NCBI GenBank assembly: GCA_002104945.1
Contig: MCFH01000054.1
Span: 186,001-250,000 of the forward strand
Source of the DNA: Piromyces finnis finn
Taxonomy: Eukaryota; Fungi; Neocallimastigomycota
Direction of reading: 5' to 3'
Length of the DNA: 64,000 bases
Notes under the pieces: model-generated
What the model saw: the letters and a program-made list of their open reading frames with translations, nothing else
Told to the model about the DNA's origin: nothing
Databases searched by the model: none
In this document: piece after piece, positions 40,301 through 54,650 of the stretch
Position numbering within the stretch: the stretch's first letter is position 1
How the letters are laid out: each line of letters opens with the position of its first letter
Made by a program: the position numbers and the translations under genes

Positions 40301-42211
40301 GTGGATTCAGTAAATTATATTGAATATGGAACTTCCTTAAGAATAAAAGTTTCAATGGCATACCCAATTCTTAAAAATTCAATAACTAATATAAATGAAA
40401 TCACCAACTTTAAATTTTCAAGGATAATCATTATTGCAGAGTAATATCTTAAAAAAAATATTTTTTAATTTTCATATTTTATTACATAAAGCAAAACAAA
40501 AAAAAAATTAATAATATCGAAATAATTCATTCATTCATTTATTTATTTATTTATTTATTTATTTATTATCATTTCTATTATTAATCCAACAGCAAAAATG
40601 ATAATCAAAGTATATCATCTTTGATTAAAATTATTAGTGAGTTTAATATAAAAGAATTTTTTAATTTTGAATTAGAACAAAAGAAAAAGATGTCTATAAA
40701 TGATGTAAAATTAGGGAAAAAAGATGAATTAAACAATAAATTAAAAAATAAGAAAGTAAATAAATTAAAAGAAAATCCTAATGATGATAAAAAAACATGT
40801 AATAATAATACTTTATTAAATGAAAGTGACAATGAAAATAAATCTATTGATGTTATCGAGAATTTTGATATTGAATCATTCAGAATTGATAAAGAACACA
40901 TAAATAATCCAGAACTAGTACATATTTTATTTATATTAATATAATAAACATTAAAATACTGTTATATTAATCTTTCATTCAATAATATAAACTAGGGTGT
41001 TATAACCGGATTTCATATATATGATGAAGAACATCATATGATATTTTTAGAGGGTCCCAAAAATAATATTCAAACCTTAAGAGATATTTTAAATTCAAAG
41101 TAAAAATTTACATGAAATTAATAAATATTTATATTATATAGGATATTTATGTTAATTATTTTTTTTAATTGAATTTATTTTTTAAAACAAAATTATAAAT
41201 ATTTTGAAGTGATTTTTTAAAATTCAAGACATTCCACTCCCCTAAACTAACCTTTTATAAGAGATTATGGACATCATTTTACATATCTCCAATATATATA
41301 CACTTAAAAGATAATATACCATCATTATTACTATTAAATGATACATATTTAAAATGTCATACTCCAAAAACCACATTAGAAACATTGAAACTTTTAGAAA
41401 TTGTATTATTTAAAATTATAAAAAATTTTTTTATTAAAATATATTTAATTAACAAATTTGTTTTTTCTTCTTTTACTATAATAGATTATCGAATGTAATT
41501 CAATGGAAGAAATAAATTCAAAATTATTATTCCCAACGTATGAACAATTAAGTTCTTTAATAGGAACAGTAGGACAAAATGTTACAACATATGAATTTTT
41601 ATTACAATTAAGTACTCATCAAAAACAAGAAATAACATCTTATTATACCCCTGATGTTGTAGAAGAATCAGTTACATTATCTCAAAAGAAGGAAAAAACT
41701 AATAATAGTAAAAAAATAGACAATAATAACTATCTTTATTTAGAATTAATTAAGAAAAGACTATATAGAGAACCAAATTATATTAAACAAAATATTGTGA
41801 ATATCTATTTTTTAAAAAATAAAGTTATTATTTTTAACTTTACTAATAAATAATATTAAATTATTTGTTAAATAGGATAAATTCCATAATCTACAATGCC
41901 AACAAAGAGAAAGGGTTTATGGAAATGAAGGAATTCCTTATAATTATAGTATACAATACTTAAATAGTTCAGAATTAAGAAAAAAAATGTTACAAGAGGA
42001 ATACTCAAAGGTTAATATCAACTTTTTTTAGAATAATGAAATTATACTACTACAAAATACACATATATATATATATTTATTAATTATTTTTTTTTCTACT
42101 ACAAATTCTAAATTTTTTTTAATAATCATATAGTACATAAAGGTTTTAATTCATTCATATAATAAGAAATATAATTCACAAAATTTTGAAATATATAAAA
42201 CCGATAAATAA
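37347..42211 (+). CDS. CFAP92/KIAA1257-like (DUF4550) cilia/flagella-associated protein; about 17 exons, both ends uncertain
   Basis: Spliced blocks HDIDINIDFLKNLYSKQVEIKIW; LSLSEPLLSKKQRKFLNPIAIEIVSAKSMP; YCKFSF...IEIHDRD; YGVASFSLAPLV; VITGFHIYDEEHHMIFLEG; LFPTYEQL; YNYSIQYLNSSEL recall CFAP92 conserved blocks in the right order. GT-AG junctions are phase-consistent except for one homopolymer frameshift near 37600. Confidence 0.7.
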
Positions 42212-42531
42212 CTTTTTATTCAACATAACTATGATTATTATGTATAATAAATATCATTATAATAATTATTTTATAATTAATAAAAAAATTTCTATTTTTT
42301 TTAAAAAATACATTTAAATTAAATTAATAGAAGCAAAATGTATACAAATTTATATGTAATGTAATTTATAAATAAATAATAAAAAAGAATAATTATTTTA
42401 ATAAAATTAATAAAACCATAAAAAACCTAAAAATAATATATATTGTAAATATAAAATTGTTGTGATAATTATGAAAAATAGTGAATATATTATAGTAATA
42501 AGTAAAGTTCATTTTTAAAATTTAGGTAAAT

Positions 42532-43901
42532 ATGGGAAAGCATTCGCATGATATTCCATGGAAAAAATATAAAGAAATTCTCGAATTTGAAGGTTATTAT
42601 TTGAGTTTGTCTATTTCAATCATTCATTTTGTATAATATATATTATTTATATTATATATTAAGATCCTAATAAAATATAAAAGTTTAAACTAATTCTTTA
42701 TAATTATTGAAAATATTTTTCATATAACCCTATGTATAATTTCACATTAAACAGAGCCTCCTGAAAAACAGTATATAAAAGGTAAATATTTAATTTTTGA
42801 AATTAATTAAAAATGAATATTTAATAATTAAATATTCATTTTCTTTTCTTTTCTTTTTTTCTTTTTCTTTTTATACTTTTAATATCAAATAAAAAATAAT
42901 TCTAATTAATATATTTTTCAAATTAAAGACAAAACAAAATCTGAATTAGAATATTCTGTTCTTTTAGAAGATAATATCCTTTATAATATTATTGAAAATA
43001 ATATAAATTCGTTATAATAGTAAAACCATTTAATTATTATTCCTTAATTTCACAAAATTAACACAAGAAAATATTTAATATACCAATAGAAGATGAATTT
43101 ATAGTAGTTTCTTGTAATACTTGTAAAAAGCCAGTTTTACAAAGTGCTTTATTATACCATTTAGGTAAGCAAATTTATAAATAAAAAAATAAAAGTAATT
43201 TATATTAAATAAAAAAAAAATTTTTTAATAACATAATAAATAATTAGAAAATTGTAAAAAGATAAAAAAAATTCAAGAAGAATCTGGTCCTTTGAAAAAA
43301 GATATTCAATTAAGTGTATTCTATGCCTCTAAACCACTTCCAGTAGTAAAACCAAAGAAAAATAAGAAAAGAAAATTAACCGAGGGTAAGAAAGACAAAC
43401 TTTTTAAAAAAATTTTTTTTTTATGAAAATTAATAATTAACTAATTAATATAATAATAGATGGTCAAATTATTGAAAAAGAATCTAAAAATAAAGAAAAT
43501 GAAACTGTAAAAGAAAAGAAAAAAGCTAAAGATAATGATAATGCTAAAAAGTCAACAAAGAAAAAGAAAGGTAAGAAAAATTATTGATAATATAAGCATT
43601 AATTATAAATAAAAATTTTAAAAAATTGTAGAAAATAGATAGGGTATAATTTTTTTTTTTTTTTTTTTTGTAGTGAAATACTAATAGATTATTTAATTAA
43701 TATATATACTAAATAAATTATTTAGGTCCAATTGATCTAGATAAACAATGTGGTGTTATGACAGAAAATGGTACAGTATGTACTCGTTCTTTAACATGTA
43801 AGATCCACTCAGTATCAGCAAAACGTGCTGTCCAAGGAAGATCTCAAGATTATGATACACTATATAGAGCAACGAGTAGATTAAAAGGTAATAATAATAA
43901 T

Positions 43902-43934
<33 letters not shown>

Positions 43935-44318
43935 ATTTTATAAATACATTACAATGTGTTTATGTACTTTTACTAAAAGTAAAAAAAAAAAAAATTAACA
44001 CCTTATCATTTTTATCTTTTTTTTTTCTTTCTTTTTTTAGAAATGGCTGCTAATCAATTAGCAAATTCAATGGCAAAACAGAAAAAAGATGCAAAAGCGG
44101 CTGCTACACGTAAAGCACTTAAAGATGCTGCTGAAGCTGCTGCTAATGCAGCTACACTTGCAGCTGGTATACCTATACCAACAAATTCAGATGAAGAAGC
44201 CGAAGTTGTATATACAGCTGTTAAATATCATCAACCTACACCACTTTATATGAAAAATCCTTTCTCATTAAGAAGACGAATTGCCATGTTTCAATATCGT
44301 GAAGAATTTTGTTCCTAA
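42532..44318 (+). CDS. SGF73: SAGA deubiquitination module subunit Sgf73/Ataxin-7 family; 8 exons
   Basis: Zn[21 protein letters not shown]; SCA7 domain [44 protein letters not shown]; C-terminal [19 protein letters not shown]. Confidence 0.92.
42974..43062 (+). other. U12-type (minor spliceosome) AT-AC intron in SGF73, 89 nt, phase 1
   Basis: GAA GAT A|ATATCCTTT...TTCCTTAATTTCACAAAATTAAC|AC AAG AAA ATA TTT. Splicing gives [18 protein letters not shown]. Unspliced, the frame stops at TAA 43015. Confidence 0.88.
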
Positions 44319-44862
44319 TAATATATTATGTAATATATAAATTTTTGGTTCCTAAAAATTTTGTAAATAATAATGAAATTACTACTCTCTTTAATACCAA
44401 AGCGATGAAAAGAAAGCTGAAAAAAGATAAATAATAAATATAAATAATTAATCAATATCAATGACTGTAATAATTAAAATACATATATTATATATATTTC
44501 CTTTAATCGTTCAATTAATTTCATATTCATTTATATAATAATCCTTATTAATATATTAAATATACATGTTCATATTTTTAAGAAAAAAAAAAAAATCAAA
44601 TTTCTACTATCACTATGATTTATTATTTAAACTCATTATAAATAAAATATATCACAATAAATAATATTAAAACTAAATAAAAAATTAAAAAAAAAAAAAG
44701 AAAAGAAAAGTGATAAGTTTTCCTTTATTTTTAAAAAAGTTTTATTTTTTTTTTTATTTTTCTTTTTTTTTACTTTTGAAACCAATTTTTCTTTAATAAT
44801 ATTTTTTTGACTATAAATTTAAATACATTCCTTTATAAATAAAATTGTTAATGGGTTTAGAA

Positions 44863-45249
44863 TTAATAAATCTTCCATAAACCTAGACAACCATCTTTTG
44901 AACAAGAAATTAATTCATTTACTTTTCCACAGTCATCATTTTCCTTTTTTAAAAAATCTATTTCTTGTACACCATCTCTATGATAGGATAAAATGGCTAA
45001 TGGAATCAGTTTTTTGGCATGATATATTCTTATTCTAATAATATTAAATATATATAAACAACAAAAAAACTAAGTTTAATAATATAATAATATTGCTAAA
45101 TAATAATTATATTAATAAAAAATAATTACTTTGAATCCCATCCTGCTATAGCAAATATTTTATCATCATATCTAAATTTTATATCAGCAAACCCACAAGA
45201 TTTTGATTTTATTTCTTTATATTTAGGTTCTTTCTATAATATAAAATAG

Positions 45250-45288
<39 letters not shown>

Positions 45289-46714
45289 GGGGAATAAATA
45301 TTCATTTAATTGTTAGGTTTTATATTAATGACAAACTCAGAAAACTGTCATAAAATTAATAAATAAAATACCTGGCTAATTTCGAAATGCGATATTATAT
45401 TATCAGCTGAAACAGAAACACCATACTTTAATGAATTTGAAACGTCAATAGCGAAAACTATTTTTTATGTAAAATAATTATTATTAATATCATATATATA
45501 TATATTACAATATTGAATCTGATGATTATAAATTATTAATTTTTTTTTTTACCTGGTTCTGAATGGAATTTTTTATTCCAACAAATACTTTTATTTTCTA
45601 AATCCCACATTATAACATTTCCATATTCATATCCTGCTAGTAAAAAGAGTTTTTCATCTTTTCTTAAAAGATTCATGCACATACACATTCCTTTTTTTTA
45701 TTTATTTATTTTTATTATTAAATATCATTTTGATAGATTTATTTTTTATATTAATAAACTTTTTTCATAATAAATTCGAAAAAAAAAAATTTATTTTTTA
45801 TATACATTGCTAGGCCATAATAATAAGAATTAAGCTTTTTACCTGTTTTAATATCTATATCATTAACTCCAATATCTTCATATATTTTTGTTTTTGAATT
45901 TAAATCAATAATATCAATCTATTATAAAAACAATTCATTTGATTTTTATTATTAATAATAACAATAATAATATATAATAATTATAAAAAAAAAAAAAATA
46001 GTAATAATAATAATTACAAATTCATTTTTATTAATTTTTGGTATTGAGAGTAATAACTGTGTGGCATCTTCATTTTGAAATAAATTAAATTTACAGAAAC
46101 TTAATGAGTCGATTGCTAGTGAAGAACTGACTTTTATAGTTGTATCACGTTCCCTTTTAAATAAACCATAATCCCATAATAATAATAAATTATCTCTTCC
46201 TTGACTAGTTATTAATTATTAAAAATAATAATGATAAACTATTAATTATTATTATGAAAATATTTGCATTACTCATTATCAATGTTGTTTCTTTTCCCTA
46301 TTGTAATATTTCTTATTCCTTTTTCTTTTTATTATTATCATTAAAATTGAATTTATATAATAACCTTATTATAATGTCTTTTTTATATATATAATCAATT
46401 GACAAAATAGCGTCAGCATGGGCTTTCCATTTTAATATTTGTTTTTTTGTTTTTAAATCCCATATTATTACTTGACCATTGATATCACTTTAATTTTTAG
46501 TAAATAAATAAAAATAAGAAAAAGAAATTCTATATTAATATTGGGAATTTATAAACATTTCATTTAAAAATGGATTATTATTATTATTTTTTAAAAAAAA
46601 TATATATATATATCTATACCCTGATATGATAATATCATTTAATATTTTTACAGTATTAATTATTGAATTATGACCTCTAAATATATATATTGGATCTGGT
46701 GGTAACCTTGACAT
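44863..46714 (-). CDS. ASA1: WD40 protein Asa1/GNB1L family; 8 exons
   Basis: MSRLPPDPIYIFRGH; SQGRDNLLLLWD; SLSFCKF; GMCMCM...LLAGYEYGNVIMWD; GFADIKFRYDDKIFAIAGWDSKIRIYHAKKLIPLAILSYHRDGV; SCSKDGCLGLWKIY*. Confidence 0.82.
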
Positions 46715-47685
46715 TCACTTTTATTTCTATTTTTATCTTGACTTTATTAGAAAAATATATATGTATTCTTTATATCTATGTATTTATTAAATGTTTAAAA
46801 AAATATTTTTAATATAAAAAACTAAATATAAAAAAAAAAACCTACAAAATTTTTTTATTTTCTCTTTTTTTTTTTTTTTTTTTTTAATTCTATTTCTTTT
46901 TAAAATTTACAATGATAAAGATTTGACCCTTAACATAAAGCTTTCATAACACTAAAAAAAAAAAAAAGAATTTACAAAATATTCTATTTTGTTTTGTTTT
47001 ATTTTATTTTAAAGATACGATCTTATTACAATTTTTACTTGTTTCGTATAAATTCTAATTAAAAAATAAAAACAAACAAATAAAAAAGAAAAAATAAAAG
47101 ACAATAGATATATATATAAAAAGGGAAAAAAAAAATTAGACTTATATAACTTGAAAAAAAAAATATTGATAAAAGAATTTTAATAATAATCATTTGAATA
47201 GGAAACAGGCGTTTGTTGTTGTTGGATATGTATATTATTTTAATATCCTGTTTCCTGTAGAGTATTACTACATTTTTAAAAAAAAAAAAAATTTTTTTTT
47301 AATGATTATTATTATTTATGGTTTATTTACTAATGACTCAAAGATTTATATATATATAAAATTTAAGCTGCAATTATAATGTAAATTAGAATGATATAAA
47401 TGGTGAAAAAAATTGTTATTATTAAAAAAATCTTTTGTAAATGTTTACCAAATTCTTTTCTTCTTTGATATTATTTTTAAATATAGATACATAATTTTTT
47501 TTTTTTAAAAAAAATAAAAGTTGGATTAAAGAATTTGATTATTATATATTAGTACTTTTTTTTTTTTTTCTAATGGATAATGATTTTTATGCAAAAAAAA
47601 AAAAAAAAAATAATAATAAACTCTGATATTGATGTTTAATTTAAATATATAGAGGTTTTTTCAATTACTAAATAGTATTGGATAT

Positions 47686-50600
47686 TTATGATTTTCTTGA
47701 AACGCTAAGAACAACATTATTGAAAATTTCTTCAATCTCTGGAGCACATTTGATAAAGTTTTTATGATCCCAGAATTTGTATTTTTGGTTCTTTATTAAC
47801 TCAATAAAAGTAAAGAGTAATCCCCTAGTATTGTTGAAATAATATATAATTTTTGATGAGTATAAATTGCTTGGATTCATCGTTTTAATATCTATATTAT
47901 TCATGTATGTATTTTTTCTAAACTTACCATGGATGTGGTTTATTAATAACAAGTCTTTCTAATAATACCCTGTTTTTTTTTTTATACATTTAAAGGATTA
48001 ATGTAAAGCATTATTTTTAGGAACAATTAAAAATGACTAACAAATAAATAAATAAAAAATACCTTGTAATTTGTTCTTGTACAACCTCTTCTTCTGCTTC
48101 ATTAAATAAGTTTAATAATAATGAGCTAAAGTATTGAGTATGACGATTTGGATATCTTAATTGGTTAACAATAGCACTCAAGATATAGTAACGACCTTTA
48201 TTTTTTTTAAAAAAAAAAAAATTCAAATAGACATATATTATGTTTTAGTATTTAATAATTTATAGGTTATCTTCATTTATAAAAACATTACCTTCAGAAT
48301 CAAATTTCATTAATTGCATGTAAATATCAAATACTGTGTCTTTTGTAAATACATTTTCTGGTTTTTGATTCATTGCACTGATGGCTTGAATACCAATATA
48401 GAAAATTAATGAGTTAATTAATGGAATATTGTATCTGGATTCATTAACATCAATAACATCCTTTCCACTCTTTAACAGGATCTTAAAGAGATTTGGTATT
48501 AAAGATTCTGGTTCTTTTGTCTTCAAGTATTGATCAACATCTTGCTTTATATTATATTTAATTAAATTAGCAGTATAATCAGAAAGAATAACAGGTGGTT
48601 GTTGGAAATCTTGCAAGTTTTCAATTTTAAGGTTAGGAGTCAATGGATCAGGGAATCTCATGTTACTTGGGAAAGCACTTAAAATTAAATTACGAAGTTG
48701 AATACAAGAAGATGGGATAACATCAATTAAAACAATATGGTAACCACTCAAGAATTCAGGGAAATCGTGTAATAAAACTAAAAATACACGTAATGTACCA
48801 CTGTAAAGCATCAATATTTCTTCACTTAATTGTTGACCAGTTTGTAAAAATATACCCAAGAATTTGAATAAATCAATTATATGGCGTAGGTAATATGGCC
48901 AACCCTTTTGGTTTTCAAGTAATATTAACTTTGGCATGAAGGAACGATGGGATATTAATTGTAACCAGGAGAAAGTGAAACCTGGAACAGAAAGTGGTTG
49001 AAGTGAATGGAAAGAGTTACTGATAGATAATAAAATTTGGAAGTAGACTTGTTGAATACTCTTTTCAATCTTTTCTAATTCATAAAGAATGCTCGAGAAT
49101 AATCTGAAATAGGGTTGTTGATTAAAGGTGACCTTTTGGGTTTCATGGGATTGAACCATAACAAGAACAATGACAGAAAGAACTTGAGTAGCTAATTTTA
49201 CTTGTTCGCTTGAATAATCAGTGTCACTCTTGTTGTGAGTACTACTATTTACATCAATTTGGCTTTCAATTAATTTTGGTTTATACTTTATTAATAAAAC
49301 AATTAATTTGGCATAAGCATCAACAGGTTGATTAACAATATTCTTAATGTAGTTTCTCTTCTTAAAGAATAAGTATTGGGAAATACTAATTTCAGTAAAG
49401 TATCTAAAGAAGAAATAGGTCACATTATCACTCTTAAATAAACCTTGGCTTTGAATTCTAGTAATAAAGTTAAGTTGTTCTTCTTCACTCTTATTATGTA
49501 AACAGATAGCCATCCATTCCTTGAATAAGAAAGATAAAACTTCTTTACTTTCATTAAGAGATGCTTCACTCTTGCTAACGGTAACTTCAGAGTTCTTATT
49601 AGATTTATCTGCACCACTATCATTTTCTCCTTCTTCACCTTCCTTATTGTTTTCTGATTCTGTTGAAGTTGGCTTTACGGTTTGAGAACTAGACTTATCT
49701 CCCTTATATTGAATTTCGGAATTACGTTTTTTAATATTATTCAATAAATTCTTAACAGATTCTGGACAATTATCGTATTGTGCAATAAATTGGAATGTTT
49801 CTATGCATTTTGGGAATTCATTGGTATCTATATATAATTCCATATCTTCAAATACAGCAGCATTGATTAAATTTGCAACATAATCAATAATTTCTACCTT
49901 GTTTTTATTTAATTGTTGTGATAATTTTTCATCAAATTTCTCAGTACTAATTAATTTAGATTTAAGAATACTTTTGGTCACCGGAACATTTAATTTTACT
50001 TCACTGTCAATGGAAAGGAACCATGAAGTGATTCTTGTTGATATGTCTTCCAAAAATTTAAACAATATATTCAAAATGAAGGTGTAGACATCTTGGGAGA
50101 TGGTGGAATTACTTTTATACAAAGAGTTAATTATTTTTTCAAAAAGTATTAAAGGTATATCATCAACATTGTTATTATTTGATATTATTATATTTGGTAT
50201 CTGAATTAATAATATATGAATATCAGTAATATCTTTAATTGAATACAAAACTTCATCAGAGTATTGATTAATAATATCTTCAATTCGCTTCATTAAAATA
50301 ATTAGCTTTTCTAATATATAATTAATATAAAGTTTATAATTCATTTCTTGAGTTTGTGGGTTAACAAAATTATAACCTTGGGTATCCTGAATAAAGAGGG
50401 AAGAGTCCTTCATTTGCATCATTGCTTGGTTTTGTGATTGACCTTGATCTTGATGCATTGAAAGATTTTGTTGTTGTGAAGTTAATGGAAATTGATCTTG
50501 TTGATTGTAGAGATGAAGAAGTTGCTCATTACCTTGTTGACCTGATGCAATTGAGTTAATTGTTGGTGTTATACCACCAAAATCTTTATAAATTTGATAT

Positions 50601-53600
50601 TGAGTTGAAGTCAATCCACCCATTTTTACACTTAAAATGTCTGGGATATTAACTTGAGTATACATACTTTTAATGAGCTTCATATCAAAGAAAGACTGGT
50701 TTGGATTCTTACTACTATTGATACGATAAAGATATGGTACATTCAAATGTTTATCGACATTAATAATAGCCTTTTCAATTGCTAATCTTTCAATAACAGA
50801 ATAGGCCAAGTCGTAATTGCTATTAACGATAGAATTGATGATTTGTTCAACTTGTATATCAATATTTAATCCACTAGTTATAAATAAATTTCTAATGTGA
50901 TTATTAATATTGACTCGAAGAGAATCCTTACAATTAGCCATAACTAAATTGATAACTAAACTTTTAACAGTAACATGAGCTGCACTACGCATCTTTTCTT
51001 CACTTGGTTCCATAATGAAATCCTTTACAATAATCTCACCAGTTGTAATAACGGCAACATTAATGCATTTTTCAACTTCTGCTATAAGAATTTCTTCAAT
51101 GGCTTGATTAAATTCATTTTGAATGAACTGCTTCAATAATGGATAAGTATTGAATAAGGCATTGTTACCAAATGACATTAATTGTAATTCTGGATAAATA
51201 GAATCACTATTCATTTGGTTCATTTGTTGATTATTCATACTTAATTCAACCATAGATGGTGTGTTTGGATTATACATAGCCTGTGGATTCATACTATTCA
51301 TACCATTAGCACCATTCATATCAACTCCTAATTAAAATTATTATAAAAAAAACAAATTTATTCATAAATATTAATCACCATATAATAATCTATATAGAGG
51401 AAAAAAAAATTTTTAAATTTTACTTTGTTGAGATAGCATTTGTTGATTACCATAGTATTCGTATGGAAGATTTGCTCCCATATTGTCTTCTTGTTCATTT
51501 CTAGTTTCATTGATAGCTTTACGTTCCTTTAAGAAGTTAGATGGTTGAATATCCTTGATATCAACATCTAAACTCTTACATAATACTTCAATCTCAAATT
51601 TTAAATTTAACTTAAGATCTGTAAACTCATATAATTCAGAAAGAACCTTCAAAATAGCCATAGTCCATGGATTTGGAGGCCTAAATACAACACTCTTAGA
51701 AGCTTGTTCCAAAACTTTGCATACAAATGGAATAATAATGACTAAGCGACCATTATCATAGGCTTCCAATAAAATTTCTTTCATTGCCAAAATTCTATGT
51801 TTAATAGGTTTATTTTTAGCCAAAGTAATTCCACCAAGCCATGTACCTAAATTTTTTAATAAGGATTTTTCTGATGAATTATTTACGATATTTTCAGAAT
51901 TAATCAAAGAATAAATATTAACAAAGGTTTCGTAGATAATGATTTTCATTAATAATGGTTTATCTAATTTATCCAAAAATGAAATGTACAGAGAGTGGAA
52001 GTTTGGTTCAATACTAACACGTTGTTCAACCAAATACTGACTTAACCAATGATAATGTCTTTCCTTTAAAATTTCTCTAAATTCTTGTACTTTAATGTCA
52101 ATATTGGAAACAGAAACATTATTAATAATGAATAAAATTTTATCTTGAACTGCTTCGGAAGGAGTAGCCAAATTTTGATTATTTTTAATTGGAAAATCAA
52201 TTTCTGGATTAATGTTTAAGGACTTAAACAACACCTTTTTAGTTGGTTCAATTGAAACTGAATTAAGGAACGACTTATCTTTTTTGGTTTTATTGCTGTA
52301 TGGATTTGTTTGGTTTTCAGCTGTAATATCTTCTACAGGATAATTCATTCCATTAGTAGTAATTTCTTGGATATATCTTATCAATTCTGGATGATACTGA
52401 TGTAAATTAGTTATTTGCAATAAATTTGAACAGTAATGTGGCCACTCTGGTAGTCTTGATTTAAATTCAATTAAAGCTCTTAAACCAAAATTAAAAAGAT
52501 TTGTATTTGGTTGTTCCTTTAAAGAATCTAAAATTAGTTTTAAAGCTTTAACTAAATAATCATCAGATAAGAGATTACATTTAATCATATTTCCAATTAA
52601 TAATATTTCTGGAAAATGAATATATGTCTTTTCGCCTTCAACGATATTAGCAATCATAATATTTAAAATGTCCATATTATATTTACTTTTGGAATTTTTT
52701 AAATGAATGAATAATTCTATCATTTGTTCAATAGTAATTTGATTATTATAAAAGTGATCTAAATAATTATTAGCTTTAATTCTAATTTCCGTTATATATG
52801 CTGTTTGTTGTTTTTCATTTTCAAGTTGGGTAGGGTTAACAAATTCATTGATTTCTTCAGCATTTATATTTTTTGTTTGTGAATAGGCTTGAAGATAGGT
52901 TGTAAGTTTTTTCTTATACACTAATAGCTGTTCATTATTAAGCATACTAATAAAGTAATGTATTTATATAGACAGAGTTTTAAAATAATAAAATTAATTA
53001 ATAAAAATACAGCATCCAATTATATTATATTTTGATAAATAATATATCTATAGTATACCTAATATAATAATTAATAACTTTAATAAATATCAAAACGGTA
53101 TCATAAGATAATAAAACAGATGATTGTGTATATATTTTTTCTTCAGGATATAATTTTTGAGATATTTTCTCATCAAGAAATTCTAAACATGATGTTAAGA
53201 ATAGTTCACCATCACTTTTAATATGGTCTTGAAGCCATTTGTCAAGGTTAAGATAGTCTCTTCTTGAAGCAAGTGAAGCTAAATCAATAGCAAAATGATA
53301 ATCCTTTGTATCTAAAATTTGTGATAGACCCTAATATTATTAAGAATATTTGAGTATAAGTGAAAAAAAAAAGACATAGCTTTATTAAAAGTTTATTACA
53401 TAAAATATTTACCTTTACTTCTTGAGCAACATCTAAGATTCTTGATAAAGAAGTTGGAAATTTTTTATACATATTTACTAAACTTGTAATTAATAAATTT
53501 GGATTTATTTGCCAAACTTTTTGAACAACTGGAACAAAATTGGAATGACCTTGCATAAATACCATTAAAACATCATTCAATAACTCGGATACAACAGCTA

Positions 53601-54650
53601 ATTCACGCTTTGGTATCTATTAAATATTAGAGTAATACCAAAAAATTAATTTAATTAGTTCTTGAAAATATAATAATAATAAATTTCAAAAAAAAAATGA
53701 CAAATTGTAAAATAAAATTACATTTATCTGAGCCAAACATATTAATATTATCTCTGGTACTTCTTGAATGGCAATTCCAAAGAATTCTCTAACATATTCT
53801 TTTATATCATCATTAAGCATTAATCTAATAAGACATTTTACTAAATCAACTGAATTCCAAGGATTTTCTAATATTGCAGAGTCATGTAATTTTGCAGCTC
53901 CACTTATATTTGAGAAGGTATCTGATATAATAGTTTTTTCTTTAGATTTCTTTAATAAGTCTATTAAGTTATCAGGTTGTGACAAGATAAGAAAACGAAT
54001 AAATTGAAATTGAAATAAATAGTTATTCCATGGTTCCCATAACAATGAAATTGGAAATTCGTTCATATTCTATTTTTATTTATTTAAAATTCAATTTAAT
54101 TTTTATTCATAGCTACTTTTTTTAACTTTTACTATTAAGTATTTATTTATTTATTTATTTACCTCGTAAATATATGAAAAAGATTCAACTAAAAAATCAA
54201 ATTGCTTTTGATCGTAAAGTTGAAAATCTTCCTGATCAAAACTTTTGAAAACATTATTCCATGTCAGTGATTGATTCTAAATTCAATTTATAATCATTAG
54301 TTTTTAATTTTTTTCAATGAAATAATATTAAATTATAATAATCATACTTTATTTTTTAAAGAATCGATAAATAATTTAGTATCCCAAGATGTTAATTTTC
54401 TATATTCTTGTTTATTTGATGAAGGTATCATTGATTCCAGCATTGGACTTTCCTCGAGTCCTGAATGAGTTTGGGCCATCATTAGTAGTATTGAAGCAAC
54501 AACTTTCTCATCTAAAGATACTAAATCTGTTCCAATCTGTTTTAATACTGCTTCTAATATGTTTTGAGAAGAGGTACAACCATATCCCAAATCTTTAATA
54601 AACTTTGATATTGAGATATTCAAAGTTGCTTTATCTAAGATATCCAACAT
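47686..54650 (-). CDS. NOT1: CCR4-NOT scaffold Not1/Cdc39; about 10 exons
   Basis: [19 protein letters not shown]; [10 protein letters not shown]...[21 protein letters not shown]; [20 protein letters not shown]; [13 protein letters not shown]...[12 protein letters not shown]; QQPYFRLFS; [14 protein letters not shown]; [10 protein letters not shown]; [14 protein letters not shown]; [20 protein letters not shown]. Confidence 0.97.

Noticed and set aside
42970-43067. Non-canonical GA-AG intron model for SGF73
   Set aside because: Superseded by the AT-AC model, which has full U12 consensus signals.
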